Shown here one piece after another: positions 1 through 11,244 of a stretch of 64,000 nucleotides of DNA. The stretch is taken from positions 62,001-126,000 of the forward strand of contig NW_021836127.1 of the NCBI RefSeq assembly GCF_006345805.1. The letters are read 5' to 3'. This stretch comes from Octopus sinensis (taxonomy: Eukaryota). Below the pieces are notes generated by a model. That model made no database searches and was not told the DNA's origin. It was given only the letters and a program-made list of their open reading frames with translations. Positions within the stretch are counted from its first letter, which is position 1; the number at the start of each line of letters is the position of its first letter. The position numbers and the translations under genes were made by a program.

Positions 1-967
1 ATTATAATAGAATCATTCTTATAAATTATTTCCCTGCATATTAACGATAAATCATACTCATAGTCAATATGTGAGTAAATGATCGTAATTATTAAATAAG
101 TAATCATATTTGATTTAAATATTGAATATATCTAAAATATAATTTATATTTTAACCATTAAATTTGACACCATTATATTATAATAAATGTCTAGCAGAAA
201 AATTATGAGATTGCTAAAATAAAAAAATATTAGAATATTGAATGCAAATCCAATTTTTTCTTTCCACCTTTTTATTACATTGTTGAAAAAAATACCATAA
301 TTTGTAACATGAAGCGAGTATTGCTCTTTTTAATCCTAAGATTATAATATGACCAATTTTCTGACATAACTTATTATTTGAAGTCATTTCACCTAATAAA
401 TAATAATTTTTTTCAAATTTACAATCAATTATGTTTGTGTCTAACACTTCGATGTTGGACTCAATATTCTCTATTATTTGACCATTTTCTAAAATTTTCT
501 ATTAAAAGTATAGTTTTTAATTCTAACTTCAATTTGACAATCTTCAAAATTGACTGGTTTGTCAAATCTTTTGAACTAAGGAAAATATTAATATTGTCTT
601 CAACCTTGTTTTCAAGCCAATTTTCAATTTGATTTAACATTCTGTGACTAAAATTGTTAATATTCTATTTATATAAACCCTAATTTAATGTTATGTAATA
701 AAAAATTTAATTGTATACATATTAATTATTTCATAGACAATCTAACTGATTGAATAAAGGTTAATTTTATTTAAACTTTAATGAGTTTTTTAGTCAAAAT
801 TTGGTTTAGTACATGATTGTAGGATTTACTTGTGATGCATTACAACTCTACTGATTATAAAAATAATTCCAAAACTTTATATAGGTTTTAATTATTTATA
901 AAAATATAATATAATAACATTATGTGGAAGTTTTTTTAATTTATAAATAAAATATTACCACGTTAAG

Positions 968-1855
968 ATGACTGACGTTGTTATGTTTGTATTTATTCAA
1001 ATTATTTTTATTAATATTTTGACTATGAGATTAATTTATTTGGTTTATTTAGGACAGATATTCCAAGAGTTGTGCCAGAGACTTACTTAAAAAGACGAAA
1101 GGTTATTCAGGCCCAGAAAAAATTATTTAAAATGGACAAAGAACAAAGCCGAAAAGTATTCCATCAAAATAACACTAAAAGAATTTCCTAGAACGTAAAA
1201 AAGACATAATTGCACGTGGAGAGAAATATCACCAACAATATAAAGAAATGAACGAAGAAAAACTCGCATCTCATCGAATTGCAAAAGCAGAAAACAAAAT
1301 ATTCGTAGAAGAGGAGCCCAAAGTGGCCTTTGTAATCAGAATACGCGGGTAAATAAAAAATGATATTTTAAGAATTCGTAAATGCCCTCCCAAAACTCGA
1401 AAAATACTGCAATTGCTCCGATTGAGGCAAATTAATAACGGAATCTTCATTAAGCTTAATAAAGCCACAATGAATATGCTGAGATTGGCCCAAACTCATC
1501 TCACGTGGGGATATCCTTCGTTGAGGACTGTCCGCAGTCTTGTCTATAAACGAGGAGCAGGAAGGATTGACAATCGCATTATTCCTCTTACGAATAATTT
1601 TATGATTGAGCAGAAACTTGGTTTGGTTGTGTTTTATAATTTATAGGGAAATATGACATTGTTTGTATGGAGGATTTAGTGCATGAAATATTCACTGCTG
1701 GTCCAAAGTTTAGGGAGGCGACTAATTTTATGGCGCCTTTCCATTTGAGTTCTCCTCGCGGAGGGTGGATGAGAAAAGCTCATCATTTTGTTGAGAATGG
1801 AGATTATGGAAATCGGGAGAATGAGATAAATAAGTTAGTTTCCAGGATGATTTAA
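968..1855 (+). CDS. RPL7: 60S ribosomal protein L7 (uL30), spliced
   Basis: Exons translate to [20 protein letters not shown]|[53 protein letters not shown] and G|[58 protein letters not shown] micro-introns at 1349-1372 (24 nt) and 1621-1646 (26 nt) restore the frame. The first exon and ATG at 968 are less certain. Confidence 0.97.
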
Positions 1856-1959
1856 TTCTTTTGGTGATTTTTCTTTTAACCGTTTTTGTCTTTCACTTTT
1901 TACGGATTTTTTAAACGTTTAAATGGCTTTAAAAGTTACCTTTTTCAAATTTTTTTATA

Positions 1960-2050
1960 AATCCCATTTAGTTCGTTATTAATCCCACTTAGTTTGATGT
2001 TAATCCCACTTAGTTTTCTGCTAATAGTTTGGTACTAATCCCATTTAGTG
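1960..2050. repeat. Four copies of AATCCCA(C/T)TTAGT
   Basis: Copies start at 1960, 1981, 2002 and 2037, just downstream of RPL7 and upstream of the hAT insertion. Confidence 0.7.
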
Positions 2051-2067
2051 TGGGAAATAGTATAGAT

Positions 2068-4308
2068 CAGGGTTTCTCAAGTTTTTTAACGTCGGGGCCA
2101 AATCGATAATTAACCATTGTCTTCGGGGCCGCAGAATAAATTAAATTAAAACTTTCATTAACTTTTAACTAATTTTTTTTTAGATTCATTTTTTATTCAG
2201 AAACCGAGATAGTTAGTCTTAATTAATTAAAGGAAAATGACTAAAACGAAAAATTGTTAACTAAAACGAAAAATTGTTAGCTATTTTAACTAATTGTTAA
2301 CTAATTTGTCATAACACGGAATATAGGAGGCACATGTAGATCGCAAAAGCTGGCATAAGTGATTATCAGTCAATTTATTTCGATATTTATTTTTTATGTG
2401 AATCATTTTACTGAAAATTGACTCACATAAATAAGTGGATCCGAACATTGAAGCATATTTATAAGCATTTATGAGTATATTCGGATATTTTTCTTTGGGA
2501 AGTGAACTATAAATTCCATTAAATTTTCAATCTTTTGCACTGAGGTAAATTGCACATCTGATTGAAGGTCTATCAATTCTAATTGGAGTGATGGCGGAGC
2601 ATTCTTAGGATCTATATTGAATGGTGCTGCAAAAATTTTCATTGATGGCAAAATTTCATCAAAATTCTTAAAATAAACTAAATTTTAATAAACCTTAGAA
2701 CGTTTTTCAAATTCAACAATAAGGTGACTGATAATGGTAGTATATTTTTCAAATGAACCGTTAGCTTTATTTTCACTCAAACAAGTAAAATGAATTGTAT
2801 CTTTGAGCATTATTTGATCCCTCCAAAGTTTTAATTTTGATATAAAAGAAGCAATAGATCCATAGAGTTGATGGCAAAATTTATATTTCCCCTGTAATTC
2901 ACAATTTAACGACGATAAATGAGAGGTTAGATCTACCCAAAAAGCTAAATCGGCAATCCACTCTTTACTGCTCAACAAATCATGGTATTTGTGGTCTTTA
3001 ACAAATTCTCTTATTTGAGGGAGTAGTTCATAAAATCTAACTTCTATTCAAGCAAATATACCTTTTGAGGCACGCGGCACGACTCAACCATCGAACAGTG
3101 GTATGGTAAAGCACATCATTATGCACTGTGTCAATTTCCACTAACATTTTTTTAAATCTCCTGTGATTGAGAGATTTACCGCGTATCCAATTCACAATGG
3201 ACAACACCGTACTTATTACATTTTGCATTTTAAGTGACTTTGCGATTATATTCTCCTGATGAATGATACAATGTTGCCAAAATATAGGATCAAGATTTTT
3301 TTCAAGTCTCCATTCTGAATAAAGTCCATGAAACCCTTTATTACGACCAATCATATTCGCCCCCCCATCAGTACATATGGAAATTATTTTGGAAGGATCA
3401 ATGTCAAATTCTTTAATACTTTCAAGGAATTCGTTAAGTACATCCATTCCTTTTGTAGTGCCTTTTAATGAACGAAGAGAAAAAATTCTTCAGAAATTTT
3501 AAAATCCGAAGTGACACCTCTAATGCATACGACCATTTGTTCGGTATCAGAGATATCTTTACTCGTGTCGACAGCAAAAGAATGATATAAAAAATCTTTC
3601 GATGTTCTATAAAAATTATTTTTAATAGTAAAGAACTTGATTAGCTGACGGGCAAGGTCCTCAAAAACATTCTATTCTTCTTGTAATAGTATCATTACTT
3701 AATGGTAATCGTTTTGCAATATTTTGTATATTTGACGGACAACATTCATCACAAAAAATGGAAATAGCAGTTTTAATAATTTCTCCGTCAGAATAAGGTT
3801 TCATATTTACAGCAAGAAGGTGGCTAATTTTATAAGACGTTAATAACTGATGCTTATTTTCCACTGGTTTAAATATTGAGGACTGATTTTTAAATGACGT
3901 CTTTAATATATTGAGTTTTTTTTCCTTGACTCTCCGAGATATAAATTGTATATTTCGGAGTGCTTCTTATAATGACGTTCAATAGTATAATTTTTCAATG
4001 AATTAATGACACAGTTGCATATCAAACAAACAGCTTTACCATTCAGTTCAACGAAAAAAAACTTTTCTTCCCATTCAATTTGAAATTCTTTATTTTCTTG
4101 AGATAATGTTCGATATTTCTTTGATGGCATGAAAAAATACTCAACCTGAAATATATTTACAAACACGTGTAGTTAAAATATTATCTTTAATAATATTAAT
4201 TTACAATTAATTTTATATCCAAAATTTATTTTAAAGTTTGGAAGTCGGGGCCGCAAAAAGATTCTCGGGGCCGCATGCGGCCCCGAGGGCCGCACTTGAG
4301 AACCCCTG
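2068..4308 (-). mobile_element. hAT transposon, Buster/SPIN (GTF2IRD2-like) type, full length
   Basis: TIRs CAGGGTTTCTCAAG / CTTGAGAACCCCTG. 8-bp TSD GTATAGAT on both sides with central TA. Transposase motifs include a BED-like CLIC..HY..H, SYKIS, PLSNDTITRRI, CTDGGANM, HCIIHQENI, VRWLSR and MFGSTYLCE. Three micro-introns and several homopolymer frameshifts. Confidence 0.96.
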
Positions 4309-4419
4309 GTATAGATAATACATTAATATTATCACTCGACTGAAATTTGTCACACATTGGTATTGTCTCCTGAAATTAAAGGAATGAAGGCAATCATTAG
4401 AAAAACAATTTTTTGAAAA

Positions 4420-5040
4420 GTTAGAGAACCTACGGAAAAGAGCCAGCTACATAATTATAGGTTCTCCATTTATTATTATTATTAAGACACTGTTCTTAAG
4501 AACATAATAAAAATTATAATCCCACACGTTTAACAAGTGAGACGATTTTCTGAACCATCCTTGTCAAGCTCCCTCTATTGTAGGCAAAAGCCCGTAGGAA
4601 ATTTCATTTTGTAATTTCTTACCAACGGAGCAGAGATCCCTTCCCAAAACTCACAGGAGTGTATATCTCGGTCTTCCACGATATTTTTCGCCATACTTAA
4701 TAAAGTATTCGTGCATTGCAAGATTAGGAATCTCAAGATGTGCCCAAATAGTTTCCAGGGACCTGCCACTATTTCTGCTATAAGATGTAGCGTTGTAGTG
4801 TTTTATTAATTTTAAATGGCAAGTGAAGTTCGTGTAGAAGGCGCAGCTGCTTGCGGTGGAAGGAGTCTATAGTTTTCAGTTTAGTATCCGAGATTCCCCA
4901 TTTTGAGGAATTTTAAAGTAGAAAAAATTTCACAAAGACGTAGTAAAGCATTGATCTAAATTGCCGATTGACAGGCCGGGTTTGGAACCATGTTTTGCAT
5001 ATTCTGCTTAGTGCCGCGGTAGCTAGGCAACTTTCTGCGG
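4420..5040 (-). mobile_element. Degenerate RTE-like LINE fragments
   Basis: WKLFGHILR matches the RWRLFGHILR motif of the intact RTE at 54143-55387. The rest is heavily decayed. Confidence 0.45.
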
Positions 5041-5200
5041 GTAATGTTTTCGAACAATAAAGATACAAAATGTCGATTTAGATATTGTTTAAACACATTA
5101 TTAGAGATACAATAGATATTTTATAAAAAATAATAAATTTATATATCAATATAATTATTTAAACTCCACGTTATTTGAGTGTTTATACATAATTTTGTTG

Positions 5201-6474
5201 ATGTTGATTCGGAATTTTTTAACATGTTTAAGAAGATCAACGTTTATTCGAATAATTATAACATTTCTATTCCTATATGTAACATATTACATGTTCTTTC
5301 ACAACTTTACTATTCCAGATATTGAGAACATAGACTATGATTGTCGTAAATTGATAAACGGAGACAAAAATGAAATCTTAAAGCGACAATTTGAAATAGA
5401 CCATTCTTATTCTGGTGATATACAAATTCCTTCTTGTTCAGAATTTATTGATTCTCGTGGTTATCTGAATTATCCGATTTCTCAAATTGAAATGAATAAT
5501 AAATTAGCTTTTATATTGGTCATTTATAAAGATTCAAAACAAGTTGAAAAACTTTTGAGATCTATTTACAGGTCGAATAATATTTATTGCATTCACATTG
5601 ACAAAAAATCGAAACCTACTTTCTATAATGGAATAAAAAATTTATCGAGTTGTCTTGAAAATGTTTTTATTTTGGAAAAATCCTACGATGTCCAATGGGG
5701 AGAAATCACAACTTTATTACCAGAGATTGACTGTATGCGAGAACTAGTGGAGAAATACAACATTGATTGGAAATACGTTATTAATTTAACTGGACAGGAA
5801 TTCCCTTTAAAAACAAATTATGAATTAGCCAAGATTACTCAAGCACTGAATGGGGCTAATTGGATCGAATTTGAATCCACTTTGCCGTATAATTAAAAAT
5901 CTATTTTAGAAAATATCGATATTTTTGGAATTCTATAAATTCTATAAAAGTTCCATATGGATTGACATTGTATAAGGGACCGGTTCATGCGATCATGTCG
6001 CGAGGATTTGTCGAATTTGTAGTTAAGGAAAAAAGTGCTCGAGTGTTTCTAGACTATTTGTCTACCACGATGATTCCAGATGAGACATTTTACGCTACAT
6101 TGAACTTTAATAGCCATATTCTTAGAGTTCCGGGAGCTTATACAGGTAAGGTCTAAACATATCTTTATTTGGTTATAGGAACTAAAAAGTTGAAAAATTC
6201 TGATTTACATTTTCTTAATATCAGTAATAGGTACAAGCAATGGAAGCCAAAAATTTGTTATGGATTTTATTCGAGAGATATTTGTATTTTAGGGTCGGGT
6301 GACATACATTTGATGCTCAAGAGTATTTCACTATTTGCAAATAAATTTTTTGCGTATTATGAACCAACTGCTTCAAACTGTTTGGAACGCCAAATTCGAG
6401 AAAAATCATATGAAAATTCAGATTTTGATGTCAGTTTTTATAGTCAGCTTGATTTCGTTCAAAATCACGTATAA
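5201..6474 (+). CDS. Core-2/I-branching beta-1,6-N-acetylglucosaminyltransferase (GT14, GCNT family)
   Basis: N-terminal signal anchor; LAFILVIYKD..QVEKLLRSIY..NIYCIHIDKKS, WGEITTL, WKYVINLTGQEFPLKTN, PDETFYATLN, C.G.YSRDICILG.GD..LFANKF. Micro-introns at about 5888-5910 and 6147-6179 join the three ORF pieces. Confidence 0.92.
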
Positions 6475-6619
6475 ATTGATTTTTGGATTTATATTCATCG
6501 TCGATTAATTAATTTGGGTCAAAGGAATTTATTTTTCTATTTTTTAATTGAAATAATTATATTATAAAAAATTTTTTGTTACTTCTAAAAACTACAATTT
6601 TTAAATAGGTGCAATATTC

Positions 6620-7860
6620 ACCATTATAAACATTTACAACCAGATAGATTATATAATCTGTCGATCTAAAGACAAAGCTCTTTTCATGACGCAAGGTCAT
6701 ATGGTGGGTCAAACAGTGACAGTGACCACAAAATGGTCATTGCAAGAATATCACTAAACAAACATCTAAACAAAACAAATATCAAAGGGTGGCAGGATAT
6801 CCTTAGGAAGAGAAAACTCGACCTAAATAAATTCTCAATACAACAAAAGGAGATAACTATAGGAAATGCCTTGATACGTATTTGCAAAGTGAGGAAACAA
6901 ATCAACCATTCGGAGAAACAGCTCATCGAAACAGAGCATCCCAGGAAATTGGAGTTGGAAATAACTCCTGCAGAAGTGCAAAAAGCATGCGGTAAGCTCA
7001 AAACAATAAAAGCCCAGGACCAGACGAACTAGGACCAGAGTTACTCAAGTATGGAAATGAAAAGCTAAATGTCCTTATTGCGGACCTCTTCAACGGATTG
7101 TTTAAACCAAACAACCATTTACCCCTTGGACAAGGGATACTGGTCCCTGTCCATAAACCAAACAAAGCTAAGGGAAAAGTGGAGAATCTGAGGCCAGTAA
7201 TTCTTATGAATAACATACGGAAAGTTCTTGCAATCATTGCGCTAGAAAAAATAAAACCTCGCACCTAACTATTTATATACGCTTTTCACAGCATATTTCG
7301 GGAAGGAAGCTCGACTTCTGACATCGTGTGGACCCATAGATGGCATTGTTCCGCCATTCAAAGGTTCAAAAATGCGACATATATTCTTGGCATTGATATG
7401 TCAAGAGCTTTTGACTCGATTAATCGTCAGAAATTAATGGAAGTCCTCTCAGGATTTCTTGATGAATCTTCTATCCGGATGATCAGGGCACTCTTATCAG
7501 AAACCTATCTATCGGTTAGGGTACGCAACAAATGCTCTAAACCATTTGAAACAACATCTGGAACACTTCAAGGGGATCCGTTATCTCCTATACTGTTTGT
7601 CATATATCTGGAAGCTGCATTGAGATAACTAAAACCATACTATGAAGGAAAAATCAATGTGGTGGCATACGCGGATTACGTGGATTTTATTTCTTCCGAA
7701 ATGGAATAAACTAATTACTCTTATTGTTTCCTGTGCTGCACAAGCTTTATCATGATCAATGGCATCGCGAAAGTGCTTATAATAATTTATTAAATTAGTG
7801 TCAAAGGATTTCAAGTGAAACATACACATGTTGGTCCTAAGATATTACTTTTTGGTAGCA
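6620..7860 (+). mobile_element. Degenerate RTE-clade LINE (end of APE domain plus RT)
   Basis: SDHKMVIA, ENLRPVILMNNIRK, WTHRW, LGIDMSRAFDSINR, QGDPLSPILFVIYLE and a decayed YADD. Multiple stops and frameshifts. Confidence 0.85.
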
Positions 7861-8269
7861 ACTAAGACTTGTAATTGGTTTTTTACTAACAAAAATATCT
7901 ATGGGGAGTGTGAAAGTTAGATTTTGTAAAAACAGGCTGAAAACTTGTAATATTGATTTAAAAATGTATTAAATTGAAAATATGCTTTTGTAAAATTTTG
8001 TTTGATTTTACAGATTTTTTATTAGTCATTCATAAATGATTGGAACTCTAAATAAATAATAATTGACTAAATTTTATTATGGATGAAACAAAATTCGAAT
8101 TTGTTTTTACAAAAGCGACACTTGTATGATACATTAGAAATATTTTTTTGTTAACTTGTACGTTTATATTAATTGTATTGCTAATGTAAATATTTTTATA
8201 ATCAAATAAGCTTTCAGTTTAAATCTCTTGATAATAAATTTTAAATATTTTATTTAAAAGAACTTGAAA

Positions 8270-9946
8270 TTACTCTTGAGAAAAGTCGGCTATCAATAAT
8301 TTTTGCATAAAAGACGACACATAAACTAAATTTTTTATTAATATGTAAAAACCTGATATTTTATTATATTTTTTAAGTTTTGGAAGTTTTTTTACAAAAA
8401 TATAATAAGTTGGAATTCCAACTAGAATCATTAGTAGCGATAGCCCACACCCAACTGGATCAGCAAAAAGAGAGCTTATCAGAAGAAAAATCCCCACAAA
8501 AATATAAAATACTGGAAAAAATAAAAACGTCTGGATAACTTAATTATTTGAGTACCCTAAACGTCGGATTATATGATTTATCTTTTTCTCTCATATACAA
8601 CAAAGTAGACACAGTAGCTGTATAAAATAAAACTTCTGCAAATGTCGAAAAACGTATGAGCAGTTCGATGTCATTTATTATCACAAAAATAATAGAATAT
8701 AGTGCCTAAGGTTTACAATTATTTATAAATAACAGTGAAAAATATTGACATGAAAGGAGTTTTGAATTTTATTGTGATTAGAGAGAATATTTTAGGAAGA
8801 TTTCCATCTCTTCCTGCAACAAAAAATATTCTATTAAAGTACTCAGAAAAATATTAGTAACCTCGACAAAGACATGAATGCACCATTTATACTTCCAAAA
8901 GTAGACAACATGACAAAGATAGGCAAAAGCTTTTGTAAAATATATGATATTTCTTCTGCAAAAGTCTAAAATTTCAAAATATGTATTTTACTAATCCAAT
9001 AGCGTCAGTAAGTAAAATTTTATTTTTTGGAATAACTATAAAATAGACGAAATTGACAAATGTATATATAGACGTTACTAAAAGTAAAGAACTGACGATT
9101 GCAATTGGAATATCTCTAAATTTTGAAAAATTGAAATGATTTTACCTTTTAGGTTTTTTCAATTCTTCACTGATTGTATTAAGGGAATTCCTGTAAAATG
9201 ATATTTAATTGATAAACCATCCAGCATATGAAAATATCCCTCCATAGAATGCTAATGCAATTTTTCCTACATTGCTACTGGTCCCATCAAAATTTATTCT
9301 TTTAATTAAACTTGGGTCTATAAATTAATATAATTCTATTCCTTTTATCAGTTCATAAATCCCCATACTTATTATTATAAGTAAAGAAATGACTTTAGCT
9401 GCAGTAAATACATTTTGAAGCATCGAAGCTGCCCTGGCACTTACACAATTCAGTCCTCCAAGAATGACTTAATAAAATATAAATTTTGATAATACTTATA
9501 GCCATAAGGGAGACAATAATAAGTATATTCTTTGGAGGATGACAGCCAGTATATATTGACTTGAGAGTGTACTGTCCAAATGCCAGTGCTGTGACTGAAA
9601 TGGAGGCGGGCAATATTATAACTAAGAGTGTCCATGAATACAGAAATGAGGCCAAATTTCCATAAGCCTGTCCTAAATAAGCATATTCTCCTCCAGATTT
9701 AGTGATGGCGGATCCTAGCTCGGCATAACAAAGTCCTCCTGTCAAAGAAATAAATCCTGTAGAGATCCATATAAGTAAACTGAAGCCAGTAGACCCTGTT
9801 TGCTAAAAATATTTTAAAAAATCAAATACAGTCAACACAAATGAAGAAGATATAAATATTCCACTTCCGATGATGAATCCGATTATTATCGAAATACTGT
9901 CTATAAGTGTCAAATGCTTCTTTAAATCAGTATGTGAATCAGTCAT
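8270..9946 (-). CDS. SLC7 L-type (LAT/y+LAT/b0,+AT-like) amino-acid transporter light chain, multi-exon
   Basis: IIGSGIFIS, GGLCYAELGSAITKSGGEYAYLGQAYG, ALAFYGGIFSYAGW|NSLNTISEELKKP, STFGSINGAFM..R|IFFVAGRDGNLP, TP, and C-terminal GLSLLMILVGIPTY. Many GT-AG introns of about 25-31 nt. An alternative start at 9970 is possible. Confidence 0.93.
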
Positions 9947-10073
9947 TACGTTTTATTTAATTACTGACATATTTATTTAACCTTGATTTTACTTTCTAGG
10001 AATTTGAATACCGGCATAGCATAAAGAAATAATCAATCGAAAAAAAAACTTAACCAAAATAGCTAATTAAGAG

Positions 10074-10129
10074 TCAGCAGTGGCTGCACCTCGGATTGCA
10101 AGCGAGTTACCTCGCAAGATTGCGAGCAT
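10074..10129 (+). repeat. Dispersed 38-bp GC-rich repeat with hairpins; second copy at 28450-28487
   Basis: TCAGCAGTGGCTGCAC(C/T)TCGGATTGCAAGC(G/A)AGTTACC matches 36/38 between the copies. GCGAG-TTAC-CTCGC and CTCGCAA-GA-TTGCGAG stems. Possibly a LINE 3' end relic. Confidence 0.6.
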
Positions 10130-10500
10130 ATATTTATGGATCTATGTTAATTAGACTGCTCATCGTTGCGAATTGATAGATCTAAAGATAACTGTTTAAA
10201 TGTTTAATGTAGAATAAATGCTGGAAAGATTCCTGGCCATTCGACTCTTTATGAAATAATCAAAAGGACAAGCTCTATGTTGTATCATTAATCAGGAAAT
10301 AGTTTAACAGTATGGACATATATTTTGATACATGTGAAATGATGACTTTCAAGTAATCTACGAATAGTTAAATTTGTAAAGGAAAAACATTTTTAATTAA
10401 AAATTATGAAAGATTTATTTTAATTTTACGAATTAAAAATTTATTTTTTAAATTATACAAAGTCGTTTTGTTGCGGCTTATTGTATTTTTAGGTTAATTT

Positions 10501-11201
10501 ATGGAGTCACATGAAAAATTTAAAACTATCCATTTAAGAAGAGGTAGATAAAATATACCTTAATTTTATTCAGATATTTCCAAATCAGTGGAACTCCTTC
10601 AAAAACTTCATGCATGTTAAGTTACATCTTAAATATTTTCTAGCCAAAAAAATTCCAAAAAATGATTTATTGAAACTTATGCGTGTAATGGAAAGCGATC
10701 TTTTCCTCACTGTGAGTGATCTTTACTCAAATCTCTACGAAAAGATTTCCAATAGTGGAAGAGAAAACCCTGCACAAGTCACTAAAGCGGTATAAAAATA
10801 AGTAAACTAATTCAAAAATTAATTCTTACAAAAATATTTTTAGGCCACAATAGCTGCATTACAAAGCACTGTTAGACATGCCCATTCACGTGTTGTAAGT
10901 ATTGAAAGATTGCCTGGCCAAAGGAGCTTTGGATTCCAAATCTCTGGAGGTGAGGACAAGGCTTTCCACATTGTTGAAATTTGGGATCATTTAAAAGGAA
11001 AGTTGATAGAAGGCGACGAACTTTTATCGGTTAATGATATTGTAATTTATATTTATAATTAAATTTAGAATATTTATGGAATGAGTTGTCAGCAGGTGAA
11101 CAATATTCTCGATTCTCTAAATGGTTAGTTGCGTTTTTGAATAGAAAAAATTAGGTTTTATTTTGTTAAGAGTGAAATTTGACTGTGAATTTGCTAATTA
11201 A
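10501..11201 (+). CDS. LIN7: LIN-7/Veli/MALS homolog (L27 plus PDZ domains)
   Basis: Spliced product LRR|DISKSVELLQKLHA|SKKIP..LMRVMESDLF..VSDLYSNLYEKI..VTKA|ATIAALQSTVRHAHSRVVSIE..SFGFQISGGED..GKLIEGDELLSVN follows LIN7 (ERDV.RA.ELL, KATVAAF.ASEGHAHPRVVELP, GD.LLSVN). Micro-introns of about 28-50 nt. Confidence 0.88.
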
Positions 11202-11244
11202 AATTTGATAAAAATTAAAAAATATTTAAAAACATAAATAAATC

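Noticed and set aside
214-640. Possible spliced gene on the minus strand, head to head with RPL7
   Set aside because: Some micro-intron-like gaps are present, but I could not build a consistent frame or recognise any homology.
1271-1468. Antisense short ORFs over genes and TEs (e.g. 1271-1468, 12288-12542, 54226-54930, 57964-58536)
   Set aside because: Shadow ORFs opposite real coding sequence.
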